Below, one piece after another: positions 29,421 to 38,321 of a stretch of 64,000 nucleotides of DNA. The notes under the pieces are model-generated. The model was not told the DNA's origin. It saw nothing but the letters and a program-made list of their open reading frames with translations, and searched no databases. The position numbers and the translations under genes were made by a program. Numbering within the stretch: position 1 is the stretch's first letter; each line of letters begins with the position of its first letter. The DNA is from Cyclobacteriaceae bacterium (lineage in GTDB: Bacteria; Bacteroidota; Bacteroidia; Cytophagales; Cyclobacteriaceae): contig DAOMGC010000004.1 of the NCBI GenBank assembly GCA_035430125.1, positions 36,037 through 100,036 of the forward strand, in the 5' to 3' direction.

Positions 29421-30461
29421 ATGGGGTTGTTGAGCAGGATTCGTCGATCGAACTTTTTCATCAAACTAACCAGTTGGGAGTATTGGCCGTTTGGCATTCT
29501 GCAGGCCCCTGTGTTTCCCTATTGGCTTTGGCTAGCCCTGAAAGCTCGAACACCGGTATTTTTCTCAGCATCCAATCCGGGAATCCTGATGGGAGGAATG
29601 TTTGGTGAATCCAAATATGAGGTGCTTGAAAAAGTCCCTGCTAACTATAAGCCGGTTACCCTTTTGATGAAATATCCAGCGTCCCGCGAACAGGTCCTGG
29701 CCTCCATGCGAGAAAGCGGACTCCAGTATCCGGTGGTATGCAAACCCGATCTTGGCGAACGCGGATGGATGGTACGACGCATATACACTGATTCAGATCT
29801 CGATCAATACCTTCAGGAAATCAAACTGAATTTTATTGTTCAGGATTGCGTGGATCTACCCCTTGAATTTGGCGTATTTTATGTGCGTTATCCAGAAGAA
29901 TCCACCGGACGCGTCACCTCCATTGTAGGCAAAGAAATGCTCCATGTAGTAGGGGATGGCTTGAAAAGCCTGGAGCAGCTTATACTTGAAAAGGATCGAG
30001 CCAAACTTCAATGGCCAACCTTACGAGAAAAGTTTGAGGACCGACTTTCTTCTATCATATCGCGCGGTGAGCGTGTTGAATTAGTTTCCATCGGCAACCA
30101 TTGCCTTGGCACCATGTTCCTCAACAACAATCACCTGATTTCACCGGCCATGTCAGCCTCCTTTGACCGGATCAGCAAACAAATTGATGGGTTTTATTTT
30201 GGACGTTTTGATTTGCGGGTGAAAAGCATCGAAGACCTGGAAGCCGGCAACATTCAAATCCTCGAATTGAACGGCTGTGGTGCAGAACCAGCCCATATCT
30301 ACCAACCGGGATACTCTTTTTTTGCCGCCGTCGGCGTGTTAATTCGCCATTGGCATGACATTTACAGGATCAGTGTTGAGAATCACCGCCGGGGTGTTAG
30401 TTATATTACCTGGAGAGAAGCCCGACGGATCTATGGTGACTTCCGGGCTCTTACCCGTTGA
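29421..30461 (+). CDS. ATP-grasp family ligase
   Basis: 346 aa. Hydrophobic N-terminus, VVCKPDLGERGWMV (ATP-grasp Lys/Gly-loop region) and ILELNGCGAEP (Mg/ATP-binding E-x-N). Confidence 0.7.
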   Translation: MGLLSRIRRSNFFIKLTSWEYWPFGILQAPVFPYWLWLALKARTPVFFSASNPGILMGGMFGESKYEVLEKVPANYKPVTLLMKYPASREQVLASMRESGLQYPVVCKPDLGERGWMVRRIYTDSDLDQYLQEIKLNFIVQDCVDLPLEFGVFYVRYPEESTGRVTSIVGKEMLHVVGDGLKSLEQLILEKDRAKLQWPTLREKFEDRLSSIISRGERVELVSIGNHCLGTMFLNNNHLISPAMSASFDRISKQIDGFYFGRFDLRVKSIEDLEAGNIQILELNGCGAEPAHIYQPGYSFFAAVGVLIRHWHDIYRISVENHRRGVSYITWREARRIYGDFRALTR

Positions 30462-30464
30462 CGC

Positions 30465-31079
30465 ATGGACCACCTGATCGTATTTGCCATCGGTTTCTTT
30501 TTCAGTTTCATCGGTTCTATTCCGCCGGGCACCTTAAATCTTACCGTCCTTCAGCTTGGCCTGCAGGAAAAAGTTGCTGTCGCATTTCGATTTGCATTGG
30601 CAGTAGCTATAGTGGAGTATCCCTATGCATGGATTGGTGTACAGTTTGAGTACTTTCTCTCCAAAGCGCCTTTCATTCTGGCAAATTTCAAATTGATCGC
30701 CGCTGTCGTTATGATTACTATTGGTGCCATCAACCTGCTTCCTGCTAAGCGGCAATCGGGGTTTTCTCAGAAATTCAACGCCAGCGGGTTCCGACGGGGC
30801 CTGGTGTTAAGTTTGCTCAACCCCATGGCTATACCTTATTGGATGGTATTCACAGCATACCTCAAGGCTGAGGGATGGATCAACCTGTCATCGGCGAGTC
30901 TGTTACACGCCTATGTATTCGGCACTTCGATAGGCGCCATGGCCTTGTTAAGTGTATTAATTCTCTTTGTGCAACGGGTAGCGCCTTATGTTCAAGGCAG
31001 CAAGTTGGTGCGTATTATTCCCGGAGTTGTGTTGCTGGTGCTCGGTGCTTATGCCCTGTACCAATATTTACTTCTTTGA
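30465..31079 (+). CDS. LysE/RhtB-family amino-acid exporter
   Basis: 204 aa with 6 TM helices. N-terminal IPPGTLNL motif is typical of LysE. Confidence 0.8.
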   Translation: MDHLIVFAIGFFFSFIGSIPPGTLNLTVLQLGLQEKVAVAFRFALAVAIVEYPYAWIGVQFEYFLSKAPFILANFKLIAAVVMITIGAINLLPAKRQSGFSQKFNASGFRRGLVLSLLNPMAIPYWMVFTAYLKAEGWINLSSASLLHAYVFGTSIGAMALLSVLILFVQRVAPYVQGSKLVRIIPGVVLLVLGAYALYQYLLL

Positions 31080-31655
31080 CTTGAGTATTTCTTTGTACCT
31101 AAAGCAACGGGTAAGGTGATCATTGACCAGTCCACAAGCTTGCATATGCGCATAAATAACCGTGCTGCCGACAAACTTGAATCCACGACGGATCAGGTCC
31201 TTGCTCAGTGCATCAGACGCTGGTGAAATGGGAGGCACATCCCCCGGCGATTTCCACGAGTTGACGACTGGCCGATCGTTAACAAAAGACCAGATATATC
31301 GGTCAAAGCTTCCGAATTCCTTTTGCACAGCCAGAAAACATCGCGCGTTGGAAACAGCTGCCTGTACCTTCAGTCGGTTGCGTACGATGCCAGGATCCTT
31401 CAGAATTTTCTCAATACGGGCATTCGTGAACCGCGCCACCCTCACGGGATCAAAATCCGCGAAATTCTTCCGGTAGCCTTCCCGCTTGTTTAGAATGGTT
31501 AGCCAACTGAGGCCCGCCTGCGCGCCCTCCAGAATCAGGAATTCAAAATGAATACGATCATCGTGAACGGGAATACCCCATTCAGTGTCATGATATTGAA
31601 TATAGGCATCTGTTTTAAGACACCACGGGCATCTTTCTTTTTGTGAAGCAGCCAT
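31068..31655 (-). CDS. tag: DNA-3-methyladenine glycosylase I
   Basis: Start at 31655 (MAASQKERCPWC...). Contains YHDTEWG, FEFLILEGAQAGLSW and zinc-snap Cys/His residues. Confidence 0.9.
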   Translation of the reverse strand: MAASQKERCPWCLKTDAYIQYHDTEWGIPVHDDRIHFEFLILEGAQAGLSWLTILNKREGYRKNFADFDPVRVARFTNARIEKILKDPGIVRNRLKVQAAVSNARCFLAVQKEFGSFDRYIWSFVNDRPVVNSWKSPGDVPPISPASDALSKDLIRRGFKFVGSTVIYAHMQACGLVNDHLTRCFRYKEILKSKK

Positions 31656-31702
31656 AGGGAAACGCCAGGGGATGAGTACCTTTATTGAGCTACGTGCAAG
31701 AT

Positions 31703-32095
31703 ATGAAGTGGAGTTTATTTCTCCTTTTGTTGCTGATAGGCTATTCCGGGTTTGCGCAGGAATTGCGTACCCATTCATTGCCGACAGCTACACAGTATCT
31801 GAGCGCCACACCGAGCCAGCCTGTTCTTTTTGGTTGGAAGGCAGACCAGATGATCACACAACGTTTCACGAGTCCGTGGTTTACGAGTTGGCCCACAGCG
31901 GGTCCAGGCAATTATTGGCTAAGTGGTACCATGACACAGTCCTTCCAACAGGGTAAGTTTGGAACGATCTATTATTACGATATGCAAAGCAACATGCGAT
32001 ATGCCCGCACATTTGTGGACATCTCCGGCAAGAACAAGCGCGGATTTAAGTTGCTACTCCCCACGATCAACCAACGCATGTTTGGCGTTCGCTAA
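31703..32095 (+). CDS. small secreted hypothetical protein
   Basis: ATG at 31703 gives signal peptide MKWSLFLLLLLIGYSGFAQ. Confidence 0.5.
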   Translation: MKWSLFLLLLLIGYSGFAQELRTHSLPTATQYLSATPSQPVLFGWKADQMITQRFTSPWFTSWPTAGPGNYWLSGTMTQSFQQGKFGTIYYYDMQSNMRYARTFVDISGKNKRGFKLLLPTINQRMFGVR

Positions 32096-32142
32096 CATCG
32101 GTAATTTCGCGGCTTCCCCTATCTTTGATAAAATTGATACCC

Positions 32143-32664
32143 ATGAAACAGTTTATTTGGCTACTGCTGATTTTCGCAGCTATTCCGTCGTTCGCACAGA
32201 ACACCTCTATTGATCAAAAACTCAAAGATCAAGGCATCGAACTGTTTGCGCCTCCGAAACCCATGGCGAATTATGTCCGCTCCGTACGCACGGGCAATCT
32301 GGTGTATCTCGCAGGGCATGGACCTACCCGTGCCGACGGGTCTAACATCACCGGCAAATTGGGAAAGGACATGACTGTGGAACAAGGTTATGCAGCTGCA
32401 CGCCAGGTTGGCATTGCATTGCTTTCCAGCCTGAAGGGCGAGATCGGTGATTTGGGTAAGGTGAAGCGTGTGGTGAAAGTCCTGGGAATGGTAAACTGCA
32501 CTCCGGAATTTACAGACCAACCCAAGGTAATCAATGGCTTTTCAGATCTGATGGTTGCATTGTTCGGTGAGAAAGGGAAACATGCGCGCTCAGCGGTTGG
32601 TATGATATCCCTGCCTAACAATATCGCCGTGGAGATCGAGATGATTGTGGAAGTAGAAGACTAA
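32143..32664 (+). CDS. RidA/YjgF-family protein with signal peptide
   Basis: ATG at 32143 (MKQFIWLLLIFAAIPSFAQ). Contains YVRSVRTGNLVYLAGHGP and a C-terminal ...IAVEIEMIVEV. Confidence 0.8.
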   Translation: MKQFIWLLLIFAAIPSFAQNTSIDQKLKDQGIELFAPPKPMANYVRSVRTGNLVYLAGHGPTRADGSNITGKLGKDMTVEQGYAAARQVGIALLSSLKGEIGDLGKVKRVVKVLGMVNCTPEFTDQPKVINGFSDLMVALFGEKGKHARSAVGMISLPNNIAVEIEMIVEVED

Positions 32665-32677
32665 AGGCGGTTAACCA

Positions 32678-33514
32678 GTGTTTTATACCCGGCTTCAGGT
32701 AGTCTGTCATTCAGACTTTGCCGAAATTCTGATGGCGGAAATTGCCGAAGCAGGATTTGATACTTTTCTGGAAACCGAAACCGGATTTGAGGCGTATTGC
32801 GAGGAGGCAAAAGCTGATCTCACCCTGGTGGAGGAGATCAAGTCCAGATACGAATATGTTCAACCCTTACTTTTTTTCCGTGACAGGGTACACAAGCAGA
32901 ACTGGAATGAAGAGTGGGAAAAGAACGTTGACCCCATAATAGTAGACGAGCGCTGTCTGATCCGCGCTGAGTTTCATAAAATATCGGAAAAGTACCCCTA
33001 CGAGATTATCATAACACCCAAGATGTCCTTCGGAACCGGACATCATCAAACCACTTACCTGATGATAAAGAGTCAGTTGGACCTGGACCATCGGGGTAAG
33101 CGAGTGATGGATGCCGGATGTGGAACAGCCATACTTTCGGTGATGGCTTCGATGCGTGGTGCGCGACAGGTGGAAGCATTTGATATTGATGCATGGAGCA
33201 TGGAGAATGGCGCCGAGAATGCCACCCGTAACCGTTGCGACAACATCAGGATCAGACAAGGTACTATTCGCGACTTTGAATGGCCTGAACAGTTTGATAT
33301 CATTCTTGCCAACATCAATAAGAACATCTTGCTGGCCGAAATGTCCGACTATGCAGCTGTCCTGGTACCAGGAGGCACCTTGCTCCTCAGCGGATTCTAT
33401 GAGCATGATCAATCAGACCTGCTGCATGAGGCCCGCACATGGGGCCTGTCGCACGTTAAACATGATGTGCGGGATCAATGGGCTTGCCTGCAGTTGGTTA
33501 AATCGGGAAAATAA
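32678..33514 (+). CDS. prmA: ribosomal protein L11 methyltransferase
   Basis: 278 aa, GTG start. FGTGHHQTT, VMDAGCGTAILS and ILANI motifs. Confidence 0.85.
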   Translation: MFYTRLQVVCHSDFAEILMAEIAEAGFDTFLETETGFEAYCEEAKADLTLVEEIKSRYEYVQPLLFFRDRVHKQNWNEEWEKNVDPIIVDERCLIRAEFHKISEKYPYEIIITPKMSFGTGHHQTTYLMIKSQLDLDHRGKRVMDAGCGTAILSVMASMRGARQVEAFDIDAWSMENGAENATRNRCDNIRIRQGTIRDFEWPEQFDIILANINKNILLAEMSDYAAVLVPGGTLLLSGFYEHDQSDLLHEARTWGLSHVKHDVRDQWACLQLVKSGK

Positions 33515-33596
33515 CCGATCGGATCCAATGATTGGCCGGACTATGCGTTATGGCAATGAATCCGATTAATTTTACGAATTTCAGGGTTTACCCGGA

Positions 33597-36500
33597 TTGA
33601 AAAAGCTCCTCTTATATTGCTTGCTGGCAGGATTAATGCCAGTGCTTCGGGCCCAGGATAAGGGCACGTTCAGGCTTGCCTATCAGGATAGCATTCGGGT
33701 GGTGTTGGAGAACAACGCCAACACAGAGACATCCATGGTTGGTGGCTTGTTTGCTACCGCCTGGCACAAAATAAAGCTGGACCAGCAACAAACGATTTTA
33801 AGGCAAGCGGATCTCCTCAAGCGAAAGAAGTTCAAAATATTTCCCACCGTAGTGGATTACTACGGCTCAATTGGCTTTGCAGTAGAAAATGAAAATATTG
33901 AGAGTGACCAACTCACCTCTTTCTTACAAGTAGTTGATCAGGTGCTCAGCAATGAGCCTCCGGATAAAGTCACAGCGTTTCTGCACTATACGCGTGATTT
34001 TTTTGAATACCACGCTTTGCATTATGAACGCCTATATCGCCTGTATGCTTCGGACTATACCTACCGGTTTGAATATCTGAAGGACACCAGCCAATCGTTA
34101 CCGGATACCACACAAACTCAAAAGGAAGAGGCAGCCCCCACCGAATCTGATACTCAGGCGGCGGATACGGTGCAGGCAAAAGCCACGCCCGTCTGGCTAC
34201 AGCCGGTACCTCAGCCGGTCTTGTCGGGTCCCGTATTAAAATTTGACCAGGTTACATTCACATTTGCGACAGCGTATGATTCGGCCAACCTCAGTAACAC
34301 CCACGGTTCTGTTTCATTGCGCGATGGCATGTTCGTGGGTGAGAAAGGAATATTTGATTGGTCATCGGCAGGAATTGGCGGTGACAGCGTGCTGTTTGAA
34401 TTCAGTGAATATCATTTTGACATTGACAAGCCCTATGTAAAAGCGGAAAAGGGACGTTTGCGATATCTGGGTAAGATTCCCAACAAGGCCGACGGCATTT
34501 TTGAATTTTCGAGCATCCAGCACAAAACGAAGAAGAGTGCATCCTATCCACGCTTTATGTCCTTTGAGGCAAATGTCCAACTGCTGGGTCTCAGTGATGA
34601 CAAATTGAAATATACAGGCGGGTTTGCGCTCAATGGAAGGAAAATAACAAGCGCCTCGGTTAACAACGATCTGTCAACGTTGGAAGTGCTTGGCAAGGAC
34701 GAACGAAAATTCACAGCCCGTTCAAGGATGTTCGAGTTTCAGGACTCCGTAATTTCTGCTGCCCATGCCATGGTACAATTGTATCAGGAGAACGACAGCA
34801 TTCATCATCCAGGGGTGATGTTCCGCTATGACTATGGCAGGAAAAAACTCACGCTGCAGCCAGAAAAAGGACCCTTGCACGATGCGCCATATACTTCAAC
34901 CTACTTCAATATGGATTTCAATTCGGATTTGATTCGTTGGGACCTGAAGACCGACAGCCTCAGTCTTTCTGTGGCTGGTGGACTGAGTCAGGAGCCGATG
35001 GTGATCGAATCAACTGATTTCTATAATCCGGATGACTATGTCCGACTCACAGGCCATGGATTTAGCTTTCACCCTTTGGCATTCGTGGTCAATTATGCCA
35101 AGCGAATCGGATCAACGGAATTCAGTGCATATGACTTGGCCCAACAAACCAACAAAAGCCAACATGAAGTCAGTGATGCTATGGCATTTCTTTCCGCGAA
35201 AGGGATGGTTAATTTCAATCCTGTCACTGGCGTGGTTCAGGTAAAAGACAAGGCGCGGCATTTTTTTGAGGCCAAACGGGGGGAGGCTGACTATGATAAC
35301 CTCAAAATCCACTCCATCACCGATAAAGGTTCCAATGCAACCGTCAATTTCAAGAGTCACCTCATGACTGTCCGTGGTGTGGAACAAGTCAATGTCAGTG
35401 ATTCACTCAATGTTATCCTGAAGCCAGATAGCAGTATCGTCACTATCCTGCAAAACAGGGATATTAAGTTCGACGGCACCATCAATGCTGGCAACTTTGA
35501 GATTAAGGGTAAAGATTTCACATTCAAATACGATAGCTTCTTCATCAACCTGAATAAGATCGACTCTATCCGGTTTTATGTAACGGAGAAAAATGCAAAA
35601 GGCCAGACCGTAAGGAGGAGGGTCAATAATGCAATGGTGGGCGCTGACTCTGCAGCAGTAGCGGCTGCCGGACTTCAGGCAGGTGACAAGAAGTCATCTG
35701 GCACGTTGTATATCAATATGCCAGGCAATAAGTCCGGGCGGGAGAAGACCACCAATTACCCACGTTTGGATGCTTCCGCCGGAGGGTTGATATTTTTTGA
35801 CCGGAGTGAAATTCTTGATGGTGCTTATGACCGATCGATTTTCTTTGTGGTGCCACCATTCAAACTGGATAGCCTTAATGACGCAGACCCGGCGTCCATC
35901 AATTTTGATGGCTCCTTCGTGTCCAGTGGTATGTTTCCTGGGTTTAAAGAGAAACTACATACCATGGCTGACAAATCACTTGGATTTACCCATATCATTC
36001 CCAAAGAAGGCTACCCGTTGTTCAAAGGCGATGGGAAAGTATTTGGAGGAATCAACATGGATAATTCTGGCCTTCGCGTTAATGGAAAGATTGAATACCT
36101 CCCCGCAATCGTGGAATCCAATGACTTTGTATTTTATCCGGATTCCGTAATCGGAAAGGGCCATATAGGCGAATTCAAAGAGAAGCAATTCGGCAAAGTA
36201 TGGTTTCCACAGGCCAACCTCACCGAATTCGAACTGAAATGGAAACCCAAACAGGACCAGTTCCATTTGCGAAACCTTAAAGATCCCTTTAACCTGTACA
36301 ACAAAACGGCCCAGTTAGACGGAACGCTGACAGTGTCCAAAGAAGGTGTATCGGGTACAGGCAGACTCCTGACCCGCGGATCAGAGGCGAAGTCTGATCA
36401 ACTGAGCTTCTCTGCAAAGGATTTTTCCGCACGCCATGCCAGTTTTCAGGCTAAGACAACCAATCCCGACAAGCCTGCATTGGCTGGTGAAGATATTCGC

Positions 36501-38321
36501 CTGAGTTTCAACCTAACTCAAAATGTCGCAGAAATAAGCCCGGAGGTAGAAGGCGTTGCCGCAATTGACTTTCCCTATGCACAGTTCAAGACTTCAATTC
36601 CTAAAGCCCGATGGGATTTGAACACCCAAAAAATTACAATGACCAAGGATGCCGATGTGCCATTGGAATATTCGTACTTCTACACCACACGCAAAGAACT
36701 TGACTCGCTGGCATTCAATGCTGAAAAAGCAGAGTATGACATCAAGACGCAACAGCTTAAAGTAAGTGGAATACCTTATATCGTGGTGGCTGACGCCCGC
36801 ATTACGCCGGATCACAATGAGGTATTGATTCTGGAAAACGCCAAAATCGGTCAACTCAAGAACACCACAATCGTATTGGACACCCTCAACGGATATCATC
36901 GCCTCACGGATGGCGTGGTGGATATTGTTTCCCGTAAGGAATTTTCAGGCTATGCCACCTACCAGTATGTGAATGCCAAATCAGACACGTTTGCCATCAA
37001 GATGACAGACTTCCATTTGGAGCCGATTGCCGAAGAAGCCAAGAAGCATCGCCATAAGACGGCTGCCCAAATGCAGACTGTCGCCAAAGGAGCCGTAGAT
37101 GAAAAAGCAAAAATAAGTGTGGCACCCAGGATTTTTTATAAGGGAGATATGACCATGTACGCCACAAGACCGGCTCTGCAACTGGATGGGTTTGTAAAGC
37201 TTGACCTACGCAAGATAAAGAACTACAATACCTGGCTTAAGTACCAACAAAGCGGGGATGAAAAGGAGGTGTACCTGAATTTTGATGAGGCTGTAACCGA
37301 GGAAGGACGAAAAGCAGAGGCTGGATTGCATTATGCCGCAGACAACAGCCTGTATATCACTTTTGTGTCGGAAAAAAAGTCGCCCGACGATGAGGATTTC
37401 TTCTTGCCGAGCGGCTCGTTGCATTTTGATCAGGAAAGCAGTGAATTCAGAATAGACGATCGCCTGAAAGCGGCTGGCGAAAAACTATCGGGAAAAGTAT
37501 TCTCTTACAATGAAGATAAACAGGAGGTTCACTTCGAAGGACCCGTACAATTCTTCAGAGGCTTCAAAGAATTTGATCTTACCGCCAGTGCACTGGGGTC
37601 GGGCAATTTGGAGACCAATGATATCAAGATGAATTCGTTTATCATGGCTAACCTCAACCTTCCAACCCAGGCCTATCAGATCATGGCCGCCGACGTCATG
37701 GCAGTCGTTAAGAATGAAACGGTGCCTGAAGGATTGGGCGAGCAATCTGAATTGTTGTACAAGATTGCTGATATCGTCGGAGAACGCGTGGCCAAAGACT
37801 ATGAAACGCGCTCCCAACAAGGATATGTCTCATTGGGAACGCTGGCAGCACTGGCAAAACCCCTGGTGTTTGCCAACGTCAACCTGAAATGGTCTCAAAA
37901 ATACAAGGCCTTCTACAGTGAGGGTGCCCTGGGCTTAAGTAACATTGAGCGGAATGACATCAATGGTGCCTTCGAAGGGTTTATGGAAGTACGCAAAAAT
38001 GAAGACGGAACGCCCGTCTTTCATGCGTTCTTCAAAGCATCACCGGAAACCTGGTATTATTTCGGATACGAGGACAACCGGCTGATGGTGCAATCATCTA
38101 ATCAGCCTTTCAATACGCTGATTGCTAAAAAGACAAATTCGGGTAAAGCGAAAGTAGGTGAGCTGGTTTTTATCCCGGGAAGTGATGAAGAGACACTTTC
38201 GTTCATCAATCGCTTCCGGAAAAACTACCTGGGCCTTGAGGCTCCTTACGAACTGGCGGCCCAAACCACAGACGCCAAGAAGAAGGATAAGAAGAAGGAC
38301 GAAAAAGACGATGGGTTTTAG
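33597..38321 (+). CDS. very large secreted protein of unknown function (1574 aa)
   Basis: Uninterrupted 4.7-kb ORF with TTG start and signal peptide MKKLLLYCLLAGLMPVLRAQ. Lys/Asp-rich C-terminal tail. No catalytic or repeat motif recognised. Confidence 0.75.
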   Translation: MKKLLLYCLLAGLMPVLRAQDKGTFRLAYQDSIRVVLENNANTETSMVGGLFATAWHKIKLDQQQTILRQADLLKRKKFKIFPTVVDYYGSIGFAVENENIESDQLTSFLQVVDQVLSNEPPDKVTAFLHYTRDFFEYHALHYERLYRLYASDYTYRFEYLKDTSQSLPDTTQTQKEEAAPTESDTQAADTVQAKATPVWLQPVPQPVLSGPVLKFDQVTFTFATAYDSANLSNTHGSVSLRDGMFVGEKGIFDWSSAGIGGDSVLFEFSEYHFDIDKPYVKAEKGRLRYLGKIPNKADGIFEFSSIQHKTKKSASYPRFMSFEANVQLLGLSDDKLKYTGGFALNGRKITSASVNNDLSTLEVLGKDERKFTARSRMFEFQDSVISAAHAMVQLYQENDSIHHPGVMFRYDYGRKKLTLQPEKGPLHDAPYTSTYFNMDFNSDLIRWDLKTDSLSLSVAGGLSQEPMVIESTDFYNPDDYVRLTGHGFSFHPLAFVVNYAKRIGSTEFSAYDLAQQTNKSQHEVSDAMAFLSAKGMVNFNPVTGVVQVKDKARHFFEAKRGEADYDNLKIHSITDKGSNATVNFKSHLMTVRGVEQVNVSDSLNVILKPDSSIVTILQNRDIKFDGTINAGNFEIKGKDFTFKYDSFFINLNKIDSIRFYVTEKNAKGQTVRRRVNNAMVGADSAAVAAAGLQAGDKKSSGTLYINMPGNKSGREKTTNYPRLDASAGGLIFFDRSEILDGAYDRSIFFVVPPFKLDSLNDADPASINFDGSFVSSGMFPGFKEKLHTMADKSLGFTHIIPKEGYPLFKGDGKVFGGINMDNSGLRVNGKIEYLPAIVESNDFVFYPDSVIGKGHIGEFKEKQFGKVWFPQANLTEFELKWKPKQDQFHLRNLKDPFNLYNKTAQLDGTLTVSKEGVSGTGRLLTRGSEAKSDQLSFSAKDFSARHASFQAKTTNPDKPALAGEDIRLSFNLTQNVAEISPEVEGVAAIDFPYAQFKTSIPKARWDLNTQKITMTKDADVPLEYSYFYTTRKELDSLAFNAEKAEYDIKTQQLKVSGIPYIVVADARITPDHNEVLILENAKIGQLKNTTIVLDTLNGYHRLTDGVVDIVSRKEFSGYATYQYVNAKSDTFAIKMTDFHLEPIAEEAKKHRHKTAAQMQTVAKGAVDEKAKISVAPRIFYKGDMTMYATRPALQLDGFVKLDLRKIKNYNTWLKYQQSGDEKEVYLNFDEAVTEEGRKAEAGLHYAADNSLYITFVSEKKSPDDEDFFLPSGSLHFDQESSEFRIDDRLKAAGEKLSGKVFSYNEDKQEVHFEGPVQFFRGFKEFDLTASALGSGNLETNDIKMNSFIMANLNLPTQAYQIMAADVMAVVKNETVPEGLGEQSELLYKIADIVGERVAKDYETRSQQGYVSLGTLAALAKPLVFANVNLKWSQKYKAFYSEGALGLSNIERNDINGAFEGFMEVRKNEDGTPVFHAFFKASPETWYYFGYEDNRLMVQSSNQPFNTLIAKKTNSGKAKVGELVFIPGSDEETLSFINRFRKNYLGLEAPYELAAQTTDAKKKDKKKDEKDDGF

